Shown here one piece after another: positions 41,991 to 52,341 of a stretch of DNA of 64,000 nt. The notes beneath the pieces were generated by a model. It made no database searches, was not told the origin of the DNA, and was given only the letters and a program-made list of their open reading frames with translations. Numbering within the stretch: the first letter of the stretch is position 1; every line of letters begins with the position of its first letter. Position numbers and translations under genes: made by a program. The stretch lies in the NCBI RefSeq assembly GCF_002087085.1, contig NZ_MWQY01000003.1, positions 1 through 64,000 of the forward strand, given 5' to 3'.

Positions 41991-43739
41991 TTGAAAGGTA
42001 CGGAAGTCATTGTAGAAGCATTAAAAAAGGAGCGGGTCGAAATTGTCTTCGGGTATCCCGGAGGGGCGGTGATCCCGCTCTTTGATCAGTTGTACGGGGA
42101 GAAGTCTATCCGGCTGGTCCTGACCCGTCACGAGCAGGCTGCAGTCCATGCCGCTGATGGTTATGCGCGATCCACCGGCAGGCCCGGCGTCTGTATTGTA
42201 ACCAGCGGCCCGGGAGCAACAAACACGGTAACCGGTCTGGCAACGGCTAATTTTGACAGTGTTCCTCTTGTCTGTATTTCCGGACAGGTTCCGCGACAGA
42301 TGATCGGGAACGACGCCTTTCAGGAAGCTGACACTGTAGGCATCACCCGGCCGGTAACCAAGCATAATTATCTTGTGACGGATGTGGACAAGCTGGGAAG
42401 AATTGTGCGGGAAGGCTTCTTTATTGCCTCTTCCGGCCGTCCCGGTCCGGTTGTAATCGATGTCCCCAAGGACATCATGACCTCGGACACCCGTAAAGCA
42501 ATTCCGGAAACCGTTCATATCCGGGGTTACAACCCGGTAACCAGCGGACATGCTGTGCAGATCAAGCGTGCCGCAACGGCAATCAATAAAGCCCGTCGGC
42601 CCCTGATTTTTGCCGGCGGTGGCCTGCACATTGCCAATGCCGCTGAGGAACTGAAGGAGCTCCTGGAAAAAATCAGCGTTCCAATGGTTACCAGCCTTAT
42701 GGGCATAGGGGCCGTTCCGGCGGACCATCCCCTGAACCTGGGAATGATAGGGATGCACGGCAGCTATGCTGCGAACATGGCTGTCCAGAAGGCGGACCTT
42801 CTTCTTGGCATAGGCGTACGTTTCGATGACCGGGCCACCGGAGATCTCTCCCGTTTTGCGCCTGAAGCACAGATTATCCATATCGACATCGACCCTGCGG
42901 CAATAGCCCGGAACGTTCCGGTATCGATACCCATAGTCGGAGATGCGAAACAAACCCTCACCGATCTTATGCCTCTGGTGGAACGCAGGGCCCCGGAGGA
43001 GTGGCTTGCTGAAGTCCGGAACTGGTCGAAGTACTACAAAAGCCTGGACGAGGTCAGTACAGACAACTCCGATGACCTGACAGCCAGACGAACCATTCAG
43101 CTTCTGGGAAAAACATTTCCCGATGCGATTGTCTCCACCGAGGTCGGCCAGAACCAGATGTGGGCCGCCCAGTTTTTTCCTTTTACCAGGAGCAGAAGCT
43201 GGCTTACCTCCGGGGGCCTGGGTACAATGGGATACGGATTTCCCGCCGCCATCGGCGCACAGGCAGGCAACCCCGACCAGAAGGTCCTTGTGATTGCGGG
43301 GGACGGATCTATACAGATGAACATCCAGGAACTCGCCACTGCGGTTCTGGACGGATTTCCCGTCATTATCGCGATCCTGAACAACGGCTACCTGGGAATG
43401 GTACGCCAGTGGCAGGAGCTTTTTTATAACCGGCGTTACGCAAAAACCTGCCTCGAAGCCGGTATCGACTGTCCTCCGGACTGTTCGGATCCGCGGGTTC
43501 CAGGGGCAGGCTGCCCGCCCTATGTACCGGATTTCGTCGCTCTGGCTGAAGCCTACGGAGCGGTGGGATTACGGGCGGCCACTGTCAGTGAAGCAGTGAA
43601 GGCAGTAGAGACTGCTGCGGCAGAGAAAGACCGGCCGGTAATCATCGATTTCATCATCCCCAGGGAGGAGAACGTCTGGCCCATGGTAGCCCCCGGTGCG
43701 GCACTCCACGAGATGCTGGGAAAAGGAGGCCCCCTGTGA
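41991..43739 (+). CDS. ilvB: Acetolactate synthase large subunit
   Basis: FGYPGGAVI, RHEQ, TSGPGATN, GMHG, TSGGLGTMGYGFP, TPP motif GDGS..NNGYLGMVRQWQ; TTG start with aaggag. Confidence 0.98.
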   Translation: MKGTEVIVEALKKERVEIVFGYPGGAVIPLFDQLYGEKSIRLVLTRHEQAAVHAADGYARSTGRPGVCIVTSGPGATNTVTGLATANFDSVPLVCISGQVPRQMIGNDAFQEADTVGITRPVTKHNYLVTDVDKLGRIVREGFFIASSGRPGPVVIDVPKDIMTSDTRKAIPETVHIRGYNPVTSGHAVQIKRAATAINKARRPLIFAGGGLHIANAAEELKELLEKISVPMVTSLMGIGAVPADHPLNLGMIGMHGSYAANMAVQKADLLLGIGVRFDDRATGDLSRFAPEAQIIHIDIDPAAIARNVPVSIPIVGDAKQTLTDLMPLVERRAPEEWLAEVRNWSKYYKSLDEVSTDNSDDLTARRTIQLLGKTFPDAIVSTEVGQNQMWAAQFFPFTRSRSWLTSGGLGTMGYGFPAAIGAQAGNPDQKVLVIAGDGSIQMNIQELATAVLDGFPVIIAILNNGYLGMVRQWQELFYNRRYAKTCLEAGIDCPPDCSDPRVPGAGCPPYVPDFVALAEAYGAVGLRAATVSEAVKAVETAAAEKDRPVIIDFIIPREENVWPMVAPGAALHEMLGKGGPL

Positions 43740-44245
43740 AGCATACTATATCTCTTCTGGTGGAAAACCACGAAGGAGTCCTTTCAAGAATAGCCGGACT
43801 GTTTTCCGGACGGGGCTACAACCTGGAAAGCTTTACCGCGGGACCCTCGGTGGATCCCAGCATGACCCGCATAACCCTTGTCTGCGGCGGGGACGACCAG
43901 ATAATCGATCAGATAAAGAAGCAGCTGAACAGGCTCATCGATATCATAAAGGTCGTGGATTTGACCGAAAGTCCAACCGTAGACAGGGAACTCGCCCTGG
44001 TCCGGGTAAAAGCAAAAAGCGGTGCCAGGGGAGAGATTTTTCAGATCGCGGATATCTTCCGCGCCAAGGTCATGGATGTAGCCAGCGAATCCATCATGCT
44101 GGAACTGACAGGTTCGTCGGATAAGATTGACGACTTTATCGCTCTTTTGGGAGACTTTTCCATCCTCGAGTTTGCCCGGAGCGGAATCGTATCCATGTCC
44201 AGAGGTAAAAAGGAACAACGCGGCCCCTCAGCCGCTAAACAATAG
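43736..44245 (+). CDS. ilvN: Acetolactate synthase small (ACT) subunit
   Basis: LVENHEGVLSRIAGLFSGRGYNLES, QIKKQLNRLIDIIKV, RELALV. Confidence 0.97.
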   Translation: MKHTISLLVENHEGVLSRIAGLFSGRGYNLESFTAGPSVDPSMTRITLVCGGDDQIIDQIKKQLNRLIDIIKVVDLTESPTVDRELALVRVKAKSGARGEIFQIADIFRAKVMDVASESIMLELTGSSDKIDDFIALLGDFSILEFARSGIVSMSRGKKEQRGPSAAKQ

Positions 44246-44269
44246 CTGACTTTTTTCAGGAGATTCAGG

Positions 44270-45847
44270 ATGAACAAAATTACAGTGTATGATACGACCC
44301 TTCGTGACGGTATGCAGGGAATAGAGGTAAGCTTTACCCTGCAGGACAAACTGGCGATATCCCACGCCCTGGATGATATCGGGGTCGACTATATCGAAGG
44401 AGGTTTTCCCCTTTCCAACGAGAAGGAGGAGGCCTTTTTCAACCAGGTGAAAAAGGAGAAATTCAGTCACGCGAAAATTGTCGCCTTCGGCTCCACCCGC
44501 CACGCCGGAAAAAAGGCTGCCGAGGATGCCCATATCCAGGCCCTGCTCAACGCAGAAACCGAGACTGTTGTGGTGGTGGGTAAAACCTGGAAGGCTCACG
44601 TGGAAAAGGTCCTCCGTACCGATACTGAAGAAAACCTGGAAATGATCCGGGACTCCATATTCTACCTTAAATCCAGGGGCAGGGAGGTATTCTTTGACCT
44701 GGAGCATTTCTTTGACGGATACCGGGATGATCCCGACTACGCCCTTCGGGTTCTGCAGGCCGGTTCCGATGCAGGAGCGGATTGCCTTGTCATGTGCGAC
44801 ACAAACGGCGGAGTGCTGCCCCATGAAGTGGAACAATTTATCCGGGAAATTCCGCGGGATAAGCTTGCACCCCTGGGAGTACATTTTCATGATGACTCCG
44901 GTGTCGCGACGGCAAACAGCCTGACAGGAATCCGCTCCGGGGCAATCCACATCCAGGGAACCATTAACGGATGGGGAGAGCGCTGCGGAAACGCAAACCT
45001 CTGCGTTGTCGTGCCGAACCTGGCCCTTAAATGCGGGTACGAAGTGAACATGAGCCGTAATCTGGAGCACCTGACCTCCCTATCCCGTTTTGTGGCTGAA
45101 AAAGCCAACATTATCCCGGAAAAACGTCAGCCCTATGTGGGGATTGCGGCCTTCAGCCATAAGGCAGGCCAGCATGCGGATGTCATAGCCAAGGCGCCGG
45201 AGCTCATGGAGCACATTGACGGGGCAAAGGTTGGAAACGAACGGAGAATACTCCTGTCGGAACTGGCGGGAAAATCATCGGTCCTTCCCAAGCTGAAGAA
45301 ATACGGAAAGTTCGACCGGAACTCCAAGGAGGTCCTCTCCATAACAAAACTGCTGAAAGAGAAGGAAAACCAGGGCTACGAGTACGAAGCCGCGGAAGCA
45401 TCCTTCGACCTGCTTGTCCGCAAACATCTGGACCGCTATCGGCCGATGCTGGAACTGGACAACTACCACCTGGAGAGCTACAAAACCGGGGATACCCCCT
45501 CAAAGACGGTGGGCAGAATTTTCATGCGAATTGACAGGCGCCAGGTTATGGGTGCCGGAGTCGGTATTGGACCGGTGGAAACCCTGGACGCCGCCCTGAG
45601 GGACGCCCTGCTCCCCTTCTACCCCTTCATCGAAAAGATCAGCCTTATAGACTACAAGGTGCGTGTATTGAATCCCCAGGAAGCTGCGGCTTCAAAGGTC
45701 CGGGTATTTATAACCTCCACCGACCACAAGGAGAACAGCTGGGATACCGTGGGGGTTTCCGAGAATATAGTGGAGGCCTCCTGGGACGCCATCGTTGAGA
45801 GTTTCGAGTATTATTATAATACGTATATGGATAAACATAAGACCTAG
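44270..45847 (+). CDS. cimA: Citramalate synthase (LeuA/CimA family)
   Basis: YDTTLRDG, YIEGGFPLSN, AFGSTR, DLEHFFDGY, HFHDDSG, GERCGNANL, SELAGKS, C-terminal LeuA-type allosteric domain. Confidence 0.85.
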   Translation: MNKITVYDTTLRDGMQGIEVSFTLQDKLAISHALDDIGVDYIEGGFPLSNEKEEAFFNQVKKEKFSHAKIVAFGSTRHAGKKAAEDAHIQALLNAETETVVVVGKTWKAHVEKVLRTDTEENLEMIRDSIFYLKSRGREVFFDLEHFFDGYRDDPDYALRVLQAGSDAGADCLVMCDTNGGVLPHEVEQFIREIPRDKLAPLGVHFHDDSGVATANSLTGIRSGAIHIQGTINGWGERCGNANLCVVVPNLALKCGYEVNMSRNLEHLTSLSRFVAEKANIIPEKRQPYVGIAAFSHKAGQHADVIAKAPELMEHIDGAKVGNERRILLSELAGKSSVLPKLKKYGKFDRNSKEVLSITKLLKEKENQGYEYEAAEASFDLLVRKHLDRYRPMLELDNYHLESYKTGDTPSKTVGRIFMRIDRRQVMGAGVGIGPVETLDAALRDALLPFYPFIEKISLIDYKVRVLNPQEAAASKVRVFITSTDHKENSWDTVGVSENIVEASWDAIVESFEYYYNTYMDKHKT

Positions 45848-45882
45848 GGGAACTTCTGCAGCCGCCGGATTTCTCAAAAAAC

Positions 45883-45921
45883 AAGAAAAGGAGCCTGGCC
45901 GCAAGGACGGCTCCTTTTCTT
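45883..45921. terminator. Bidirectional intrinsic terminator between cimA and carB
   Basis: aagaaaaggagcc / ggctccttttctt inverted repeat between convergent genes. Confidence 0.85.
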
Positions 45922-45936
45922 ATGTTCTCAACAGTA

Positions 45937-48900
45937 TTACTGCCCGGTAAACCCCTCCGTCTCCAGAGGCCGGACCATAACCTCGCCGCCCGAAAGGTAC
46001 TTTATCCCTTCAATTGCCGCCAGGGCAGCTGATGTGGTGGTCGTGTAGGGTACCTTGTGCCGGACCGCCTGGATGCGGATGTCATGGTCCCCGTATTGGG
46101 AGTTCCTGCCCAGAGGTGTATTGATAATCAGGGAGAAACGCCCTGATTTTATGTGGTCGATAACATTGGGGTGTCCTTCGTGAATCTTCAGGACCACCTC
46201 GGCGAAGATCCCCCGGCCGAACAGGTAATCCGCCGTTCCCCGGGTGGCGGCAATCTCGAAACCGCATGCTTTGAGTTCCCGCACAATGGGAAGTATGGTC
46301 TCCCGGTCGTTCTGGTGGACTGAAACCAGGGCTCTGCCGGTGGTGGGAAGCACACTGCCCACGGCGGCCTGGGCTTTCGCGAAAGCCTCGCCGAAGCTGG
46401 CGCCGGTACCGATAACCTCTCCGGTGGACCGCATCTCCGGTCCCAGCAGGGGATCCACCAGGGCAAAGCGGTCAAAGCTGAAAACAGCCTCTTTTACAGC
46501 CCATCCGGTGATGCAGTGTCCTTCGCCCATGCCGTTTTTGCAGAGACCCTGCTGTTCAAGATCGATCCCCTGCCACAGCAGCACCCCGGCCTTGACCAGG
46601 TTGACCCCGGAAGCCTTCGACAGAAAGGGAACCGTCCGGGATGCCCGGGGATTTACCTCCAGTACATAGAGCCGATCACCTTTTACTGCGAACTGAATGT
46701 TCAGAAAACCCTTTACCTGAATCTCCCTGGCAATCTTCGCCGTCGCCTCTTTCATTTCCGAAAGGATTTCGGGGCTCGATTTATAGGGGGGAAAAACGCA
46801 GGCTGAATCGCCGGAGTGAACCCCCGCGGCCTCGATATGCTGCATGATCCCTGAGATATAGACGTTTTTGCCGTCCGACAGGGCATCCAGATCATATTCA
46901 AAGGCGTCCTCCAGGAACTGATCCACCAGGACCGGCCGTTCCTTCGACATGGGCAGTTCCTGCTTCAGGAACTCCTCCAGTTCATCCTCGCTGTAGGCAA
47001 TAAACATGCTTCTGCCCCCCAGCACGAAGGAGGGACGAAGCAGCACCGGGAAACCGATCTCCCTGGAAAAGCGTTTTACCTCCGCCGCATCCGCGGCCAT
47101 CCGGTTCTCCGGCTGCCTGAGTTTGAGTTTTTTCAGCAGAGCAGTAAAGAGTCCCCGGTCTTCGGCATCGAAGATACTTTTTACGCTGGTTCCGACGATG
47201 TTGGCTCCCGCCGCCTCGAGCTCTTCAGCAAGATTCAGGGGAGTCTGTCCGCCAAGCTGTACCAGCACATCCCTGACCCCTTCTTTTTTCATGATGGATT
47301 TAACATGCTCGGCGTTCAGAGGTTCGATATACAACCGGTCGGAGATATTGAAATCCGTGGACACCGTCTCGGGATTGGAGTTTACGATAATCGATTTTAC
47401 TCCCTCTTCGCGATAGGCCAGGGAAGCCAGGGTACAGCAGGTATCGAACTCGAGACCCTGACCTATACGGTTCGGTCCGGAGGCAAGTATTATTACCCCC
47501 TGCCCTGTCACCGCTTCGCCCTCGTCTATTTCTCCATAGGTGGAGTAAAAATAGGGGGTCTCGGCGGTGAACTCTCCGGCACAGGTATCTACAAAATGAT
47601 ACCCCGCCTCAATCCCCTCGGATTCCCGTTTTTTCGCCACCTCCGTCTCTGTCTGTCCGCTTATGGTGGCGATACGTTTATCCGAGAGACCCATGCGTTT
47701 GGCCCTGAGAAGCAGGTCGCCGCCAAGGTGGCCCGCCGCCAGCTCATCCTCCAGTTCCACCTGCTTCAGCATATAGTGCAGAAACCAGGGATCGAACATG
47801 GTTCTCTCCTGAAGCCGTTTGAGAGCCCGTTTTCCTTCCCGCTTGAGTACCGTGAAAGCCGCGAAGATCCTCCGGGGGTGCAGGGTATCCAGCATGGCAT
47901 CGAGTCCGTCGTAACCGATGGAAAGTTCCTGAAGACCTTCGACCCCCAGCTCCGCGGAACGCAGGGCCTTGTTCAGGGCCTCAGGAAAGGTCCGTCCCAG
48001 GGCGAGGGATTCGCCCACGGATTTCATCTGGGTCCCCAGCTGTTTGTAACCCAGGGGAAACTTTTCCAGCTCGAAACGGGGAACCTTTACAGCCACGTAG
48101 TCCAGGGCCGGTTCGAAGCAGGAGACGGTTTTTCCGGTTATCTCGTTGGTTATCTCGTCCAGGGTATAACCGACGGCAAGCTTCGCACTGCAGCGGGCAA
48201 TGGGAAATCCCGTCGCCTTGCTTGCCAGGGCGGAAGAGCGGGATACCCGGGGATTCATCTCTATGATCACCAGCCTCCCGGTATCGGGCTTGACGGCGAA
48301 CTGAACGTTCGATCCGCCGCAATCCACCCCGACGGCCCGCAGGGTCTCGATGGAGGCGGTTCGCATAATCTGGTATTCCCTGTCGGAGAGGGTCTGAATA
48401 GGCGCTACGGTTATGCTGTCCCCGGTGTGGATACCCATGGGATCAAGATTCTCGATGGAACAGACAATCACTGCGTTATCCATCCGGTCCCGCATGACCT
48501 CCATCTCGAACTCCTTCCAGCCCAGAAGGGACTCCTCCACCAGGGCCTCGTGAACAGGGCTCTCTTCAAGGGCCCTGGAGACAAGGTCGTCAAGTTCCTC
48601 CATCTCGTAGGCGATGCTGCCCCCCATTCCTCCCAGGGTGTAACTGGGTCGTATGATCATGGGGAGTCCCACCTCCTCGGCAAGCGCCCGGGCTCCGGCC
48701 AGGTCTCTGGTCATTACCGAACGGGGGGTATCCAGTCCGATCTTTGTCGCCAGGTCCTTGAAGCGTCCCCGATCCTCCGCCAGGCGGATCGCTTCCACGG
48801 TGGCCCCGATCAGCTCGACCTTGTACCTGTCCAGGATTCCCCGGTCGTAGAGTTCCAGGGAGAGGTTAAGCCCGGTCTGGCCGCCCATGGTCGGCAGCAG

Positions 48901-49155
48901 TGCATCGGGACGCTCTTTTTCTATGATCTTTTCAACGTACTGGGGTTTGAGAGGTTCGGTATAGATAACGTCGGCGATGCCGGGGGTGGTCATGACGGTC
49001 GCGGGATTCGGGTTCACCAGAACGACCCGGTACCCCTCTTCCTTGAGGGCTGCCACTGCCTGGGTTCCGGAATAGTCGAATTCACAGGCCTGGCCGATTA
49101 CTATAGGACCTGAGCCTATAATCATAATGGTGGATAAATCTTTCCGTGCCGGCAT
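45937..49155 (-). CDS. carB: Carbamoyl-phosphate synthase large subunit
   Basis: [29 protein letters not shown], duplicated ATP-grasp, MGS C-terminus. Confidence 0.99.
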   Translation of the reverse strand: MPARKDLSTIMIIGSGPIVIGQACEFDYSGTQAVAALKEEGYRVVLVNPNPATVMTTPGIADVIYTEPLKPQYVEKIIEKERPDALLPTMGGQTGLNLSLELYDRGILDRYKVELIGATVEAIRLAEDRGRFKDLATKIGLDTPRSVMTRDLAGARALAEEVGLPMIIRPSYTLGGMGGSIAYEMEELDDLVSRALEESPVHEALVEESLLGWKEFEMEVMRDRMDNAVIVCSIENLDPMGIHTGDSITVAPIQTLSDREYQIMRTASIETLRAVGVDCGGSNVQFAVKPDTGRLVIIEMNPRVSRSSALASKATGFPIARCSAKLAVGYTLDEITNEITGKTVSCFEPALDYVAVKVPRFELEKFPLGYKQLGTQMKSVGESLALGRTFPEALNKALRSAELGVEGLQELSIGYDGLDAMLDTLHPRRIFAAFTVLKREGKRALKRLQERTMFDPWFLHYMLKQVELEDELAAGHLGGDLLLRAKRMGLSDKRIATISGQTETEVAKKRESEGIEAGYHFVDTCAGEFTAETPYFYSTYGEIDEGEAVTGQGVIILASGPNRIGQGLEFDTCCTLASLAYREEGVKSIIVNSNPETVSTDFNISDRLYIEPLNAEHVKSIMKKEGVRDVLVQLGGQTPLNLAEELEAAGANIVGTSVKSIFDAEDRGLFTALLKKLKLRQPENRMAADAAEVKRFSREIGFPVLLRPSFVLGGRSMFIAYSEDELEEFLKQELPMSKERPVLVDQFLEDAFEYDLDALSDGKNVYISGIMQHIEAAGVHSGDSACVFPPYKSSPEILSEMKEATAKIAREIQVKGFLNIQFAVKGDRLYVLEVNPRASRTVPFLSKASGVNLVKAGVLLWQGIDLEQQGLCKNGMGEGHCITGWAVKEAVFSFDRFALVDPLLGPEMRSTGEVIGTGASFGEAFAKAQAAVGSVLPTTGRALVSVHQNDRETILPIVRELKACGFEIAATRGTADYLFGRGIFAEVVLKIHEGHPNVIDHIKSGRFSLIINTPLGRNSQYGDHDIRIQAVRHKVPYTTTTSAALAAIEGIKYLSGGEVMVRPLETEGFTGQ

Positions 49156-50330
49156 TAAGCTTCTCCTCCTGTCTCCGTTTCAAAGCGCTGCATCTCGTCG
49201 TAAAAACGCCGGAAGATCCACAGGGAATCATGGGGTCCCGGCGCCGCTTCCGGATGAAACTGGCTTGTATAGATTCGCTTTTCGTCATTGATGATGCCTT
49301 CGATTGTTCTGTCGTTGGCGTTCCGGAACCAGACCCGGGTATCCCCGGGCAGACTCTCTTCGTCCACATCGAAGCCATGGTTCTGACTCGTTACAGCAAC
49401 ACGGCCGGTAAGCTCGTCCCGTACCGGGTTGTTGCAGCCGTGGTGGCCGAACTTCATCTTGCGCGTTCTGGCCCCCAGAGCACTGGCTATGAGCTGATGC
49501 CCCAGGCAGATGCCGAAAAGAGGTACCTTTCCGACGAGTTTTTTTATCTCTCCGATAAGACCATCAAGGGTCGCGGGATCTCCGGGACCGTTGGAAAAGA
49601 GAACCCCCTGGGGAGACAATTCCAGTATCTCCTCCGCAGAGGCACCGGAAGAAAGCACCCGTATTCCCACGCCGAATTTTTTCATCTCCCGAAGGATGTT
49701 GCCCTTTGTCCCGCAGTCGACGGCAACCAGCTTCAGGTCCCCGTCGCTTATTATATTTTCGTCTTCCGTAATTCCGACTTCGGGAATACAATTCCTCCCC
49801 TCCATGGAGGGAAAGGAGTTCAAATAGCTTTTCACCTTTTTCAGTTCCCCGTCGTCCAGGGAATCTTCCGCGGCAGGGCGTACTATTATTCCGTTCCGGC
49901 TGCCTGAATCCCGCAGATGGAGGGTCAGAGCCCGCGTATCAAGACCGGCAATTCCCGGGGTACCGTACTTTTTCAGAAATTCACTGAGGCTCAGACGCCC
50001 GGGCGGTACGGGCCCGTCATAGTATTCCCTCACCACGAAGCCCTGGGCTTTGACCCGGGGTAAAAGCCGGTCTTCCGGTCCGTTCTCCGACCATGAATCG
50101 TCGGTGCCGTAATTACCCATATGAGGGTAGGTCATGACGACAATCTGTCCGGTATAGGAGGGATCAGTCAGGATTTCATGATAACCGGTCATGCCGGTAT
50201 TGAAGACCACTTCTCCAACACCTTTGGAAAACTCATGTAATTCCGGCAGATCATCTACCTTTGGGGGATCGGCACCGAAGGAAAAACCGGAAAAACAGGA
50301 ACCGTCATCAAGTATCAGGTAAGACCGCAC
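49155..50330 (-). CDS. carA: Carbamoyl-phosphate synthase small subunit
   Basis: [41 protein letters not shown] 50330 follows GGAGG (track starts at 50384). Confidence 0.97.
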   Translation of the reverse strand: MRSYLILDDGSCFSGFSFGADPPKVDDLPELHEFSKGVGEVVFNTGMTGYHEILTDPSYTGQIVVMTYPHMGNYGTDDSWSENGPEDRLLPRVKAQGFVVREYYDGPVPPGRLSLSEFLKKYGTPGIAGLDTRALTLHLRDSGSRNGIIVRPAAEDSLDDGELKKVKSYLNSFPSMEGRNCIPEVGITEDENIISDGDLKLVAVDCGTKGNILREMKKFGVGIRVLSSGASAEEILELSPQGVLFSNGPGDPATLDGLIGEIKKLVGKVPLFGICLGHQLIASALGARTRKMKFGHHGCNNPVRDELTGRVAVTSQNHGFDVDEESLPGDTRVWFRNANDRTIEGIINDEKRIYTSQFHPEAAPGPHDSLWIFRRFYDEMQRFETETGGEA

Positions 50331-50355
50331 TTTCGACCTCCTCGAGAAAGCGACA

Positions 50356-50395
50356 TATGGATACTTATGCAGTATTAACTGCATAAATATACATT
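50356..50395. promoter_or_regulatory. Two ARG-box-like palindromes upstream of carA
   Basis: TGGATACTTATGCA (50358-50371) and TGCATAAATATACA (50380-50393) compared with the ArgR core TGAATWWWWATTCA. Confidence 0.5.
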
Positions 50396-50403
50396 CAAGA
50401 TTT

Positions 50404-50428
50404 AAAAAAAAGCCGGCAGATTGCCGGC
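50404..50428 (-). terminator. Intrinsic terminator after tRNA-Gln/tRNA-Glu
   Basis: Minus strand gccggca-atc-tgccggc followed by T8. Confidence 0.85.
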
Positions 50429-50433
50429 CTAAT

Positions 50434-50505
50434 TAGTCCCTAGGGGAATCGAACCCCTCTTTGAAGAATGAGAATCTCCTGTCCTAGCCGATAGACGAAG
50501 GGACC
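50434..50505 (-). tRNA. tRNA-Glu(CTC), CCA not encoded
   Basis: GGTCCCT/AGGGACT acceptor, GGAGA-TTCTCAT-TCTTC anticodon arm, TTCGATT. Confidence 0.95.
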
Positions 50506-50511
50506 ACTAAG

Positions 50512-50582
50512 CAGCCCGAGAAGGATTTGAACCCTCACAAACAGAACCAGAATCTGCTGTGCTACCGTTACACCATCGGGCT
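50512..50582 (-). tRNA. tRNA-Gln(CTG), CCA not encoded
   Basis: AGCCCGA/TCGGGCT acceptor, GCAGA-TTCTGGT-TCTGT anticodon arm, TTCAAAT. Confidence 0.95.
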
Positions 50583-50597
50583 TTGTTCTTGGCGGGA

Positions 50598-50626
50598 AAA
50601 ATACTATATCTTTCCTTTACTGTCAA
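50598..50626 (-). promoter_or_regulatory. sigma70-type promoter for the tRNA pair
   Basis: TTGACA-17 bp-TATTTT followed by a GC-rich discriminator (tcccgcc). Confidence 0.65.
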
Positions 50627-50645
50627 TAGAGGCAATCCAAAAAAC

Positions 50646-51188
50646 TTATTCGCCCAGGTAATCCACAAGGGTGGTGATCTCAAGATCCTGAAGCTTATCG
50701 CTATAGTTCAGAAAAGGGAGCCCCACTACACCGAACAGGTCGCTCACTTCACCCCCTGCTTTGCGTATGAGGGATGCAGCTCCGGACAGGGTGCCGCCGG
50801 TTGCTATAAGGTCATCCACCAGCAGGACCCTGCCGTTTTCCGGAACATCCGTCAGGTGAACATGAAGCTCGTCTTCTCCGTACTCGAGACTGATTTTCTG
50901 ACTTATCGTTTCTCCCGGCAGCTTTCCCGCTTTACGTATCAGAATGAGCGGCAAGCCTCTGTGAACCGCAAAAGGCGCGGCAAAGACAAAGCCCCTGGCT
51001 TCAATGGCCGCTACAGCGTCAAAGTCATCCTTCTGATACCTCTGATCCATGGCATCGATAACCAGCCTGAAGGATTCCGGATCTGCGAGAATACTGGTAA
51101 TATCGTAAAAAAGAACCCCGGGTTTTGGAAAATTCGGAACCCGGCGGATAACCGCATCCAGTTTCGCGGCGATATCGGCTTTATACAT
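50646..51188 (-). CDS. apt: Adenine phosphoribosyltransferase
   Basis: PNFPKPGVLFYDIT, IEARGF, IRKAGKLPG, LEYG, VDDLIATGGT. Confidence 0.98.
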   Translation of the reverse strand: MYKADIAAKLDAVIRRVPNFPKPGVLFYDITSILADPESFRLVIDAMDQRYQKDDFDAVAAIEARGFVFAAPFAVHRGLPLILIRKAGKLPGETISQKISLEYGEDELHVHLTDVPENGRVLLVDDLIATGGTLSGAASLIRKAGGEVSDLFGVVGLPFLNYSDKLQDLEITTLVDYLGE

Positions 51189-51291
51189 GGGGGTACTACT
51201 CCTTCCCTTTCTGTTCTATCTGCCGTTATCATTTATACATCGCAGGGACAGGTATTTCAAGCACATGGAACCGGCAATAGTAACTCTTATC

Positions 51292-51321
51292 TTGTCAAAG
51301 GATTACCACCTCTAGTATACT
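51292..51321 (+). promoter_or_regulatory. Probable sigma70 promoter for TPR-greA-vWA
   Basis: TTGTCA-18 bp-TATACT. Confidence 0.5.
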
Positions 51322-51366
51322 CTGCGGCTTTCTCCGCTGATTGACTAAAAAGCTCAGGATGATATA

Positions 51367-52326
51367 ATGGAAGGATTGATGGACGGCAACACACGGCACC
51401 GCTCCGGAGAGTTAAAAGAGTTGCTTTCCGCTGCTTATACGCGTACCAGGGATGGAGACTTTGCAGGCGCCGAACTCAACCTGGAAGAGGCCCTGCGAAC
51501 CGATTTTGAAGATGAGGAGGTTATTTCCTCCCTTAAATGTGTCCATTTCTGGAAAGAACGCTTTGACAGGGTTGACGAAGCGGCAAATGATTTCGAAAAA
51601 GGGGATTTTCTTCTACGTGAATGGAAGGCGTTTCTCCTTTTTTTGAACCGCGTGCCCGGAGCTGTGGAAGAGTGCCTGTATGCTCTCCGGCATTGTATTT
51701 TTGGCGCAGCCCTGGCTGCATACAGACGATTTGCCCAGAACAACGACGGCAATGACCCCGAGCTGCAGTATCGTATTGGTCTTTGCCTGAAAAGGATGGG
51801 GGATTACCAGAACGCAGCAGAATATCTTGAACTCGCATCCGCAAGGGATGGCGAGAATGCCGGATATCTTGCTGAGCTGGCGGATTGTTACGCATTCCTG
51901 AACGAAGTAAGGGTATCAAAGGTCTTCTTTAGGGAGGCCTTTTATATTGACCCCCAGGGGATCGACCTGCAGAGTCTCGAATCCCTGCTGATTCGCCGTC
52001 TGATAGACGAGGTGGGCAAAAAAAACTACCCGCCGCCGGTAGCACAGGAGTGGATTCCCGTGTTCGGTGTAATCTACGGCGTTTTCTCGGTCAAACGGGA
52101 GCTAAGACCCCTGGAGCTCGGAAAGCTGCGGCAGGGTATTTTCTCGCTGGAAAAGCGTGTTCTTGAGGAACCGGAAAACGATATTCTGGTTCCACGACTT
52201 ATAAACCGTTATTTCTGGCTGATCGATCATTATGTTAATATCAGGGATTCCCGTCCTAAAATAGACGAAGTCCTTGAAAAAATTAAGGCATTAGACCAGC
52301 AAGTCTACGAATTATATGCAAACTAG
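51367..52326 (+). CDS. TPR-containing hypothetical protein upstream of greA
   Basis: TPR-like ELQYRIGLCLKRMGDYQNAAEYLELA..YLAELADCY; 15 nt before greA. Confidence 0.75.
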   Translation: MEGLMDGNTRHRSGELKELLSAAYTRTRDGDFAGAELNLEEALRTDFEDEEVISSLKCVHFWKERFDRVDEAANDFEKGDFLLREWKAFLLFLNRVPGAVEECLYALRHCIFGAALAAYRRFAQNNDGNDPELQYRIGLCLKRMGDYQNAAEYLELASARDGENAGYLAELADCYAFLNEVRVSKVFFREAFYIDPQGIDLQSLESLLIRRLIDEVGKKNYPPPVAQEWIPVFGVIYGVFSVKRELRPLELGKLRQGIFSLEKRVLEEPENDILVPRLINRYFWLIDHYVNIRDSRPKIDEVLEKIKALDQQVYELYAN

Positions 52327-52341
52327 AATGGAGTTTGAAAG

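Noticed and set aside
47305..49113. 602-aa plus-strand ORF
   Set aside because: Antisense shadow of carB with no independent coding evidence.
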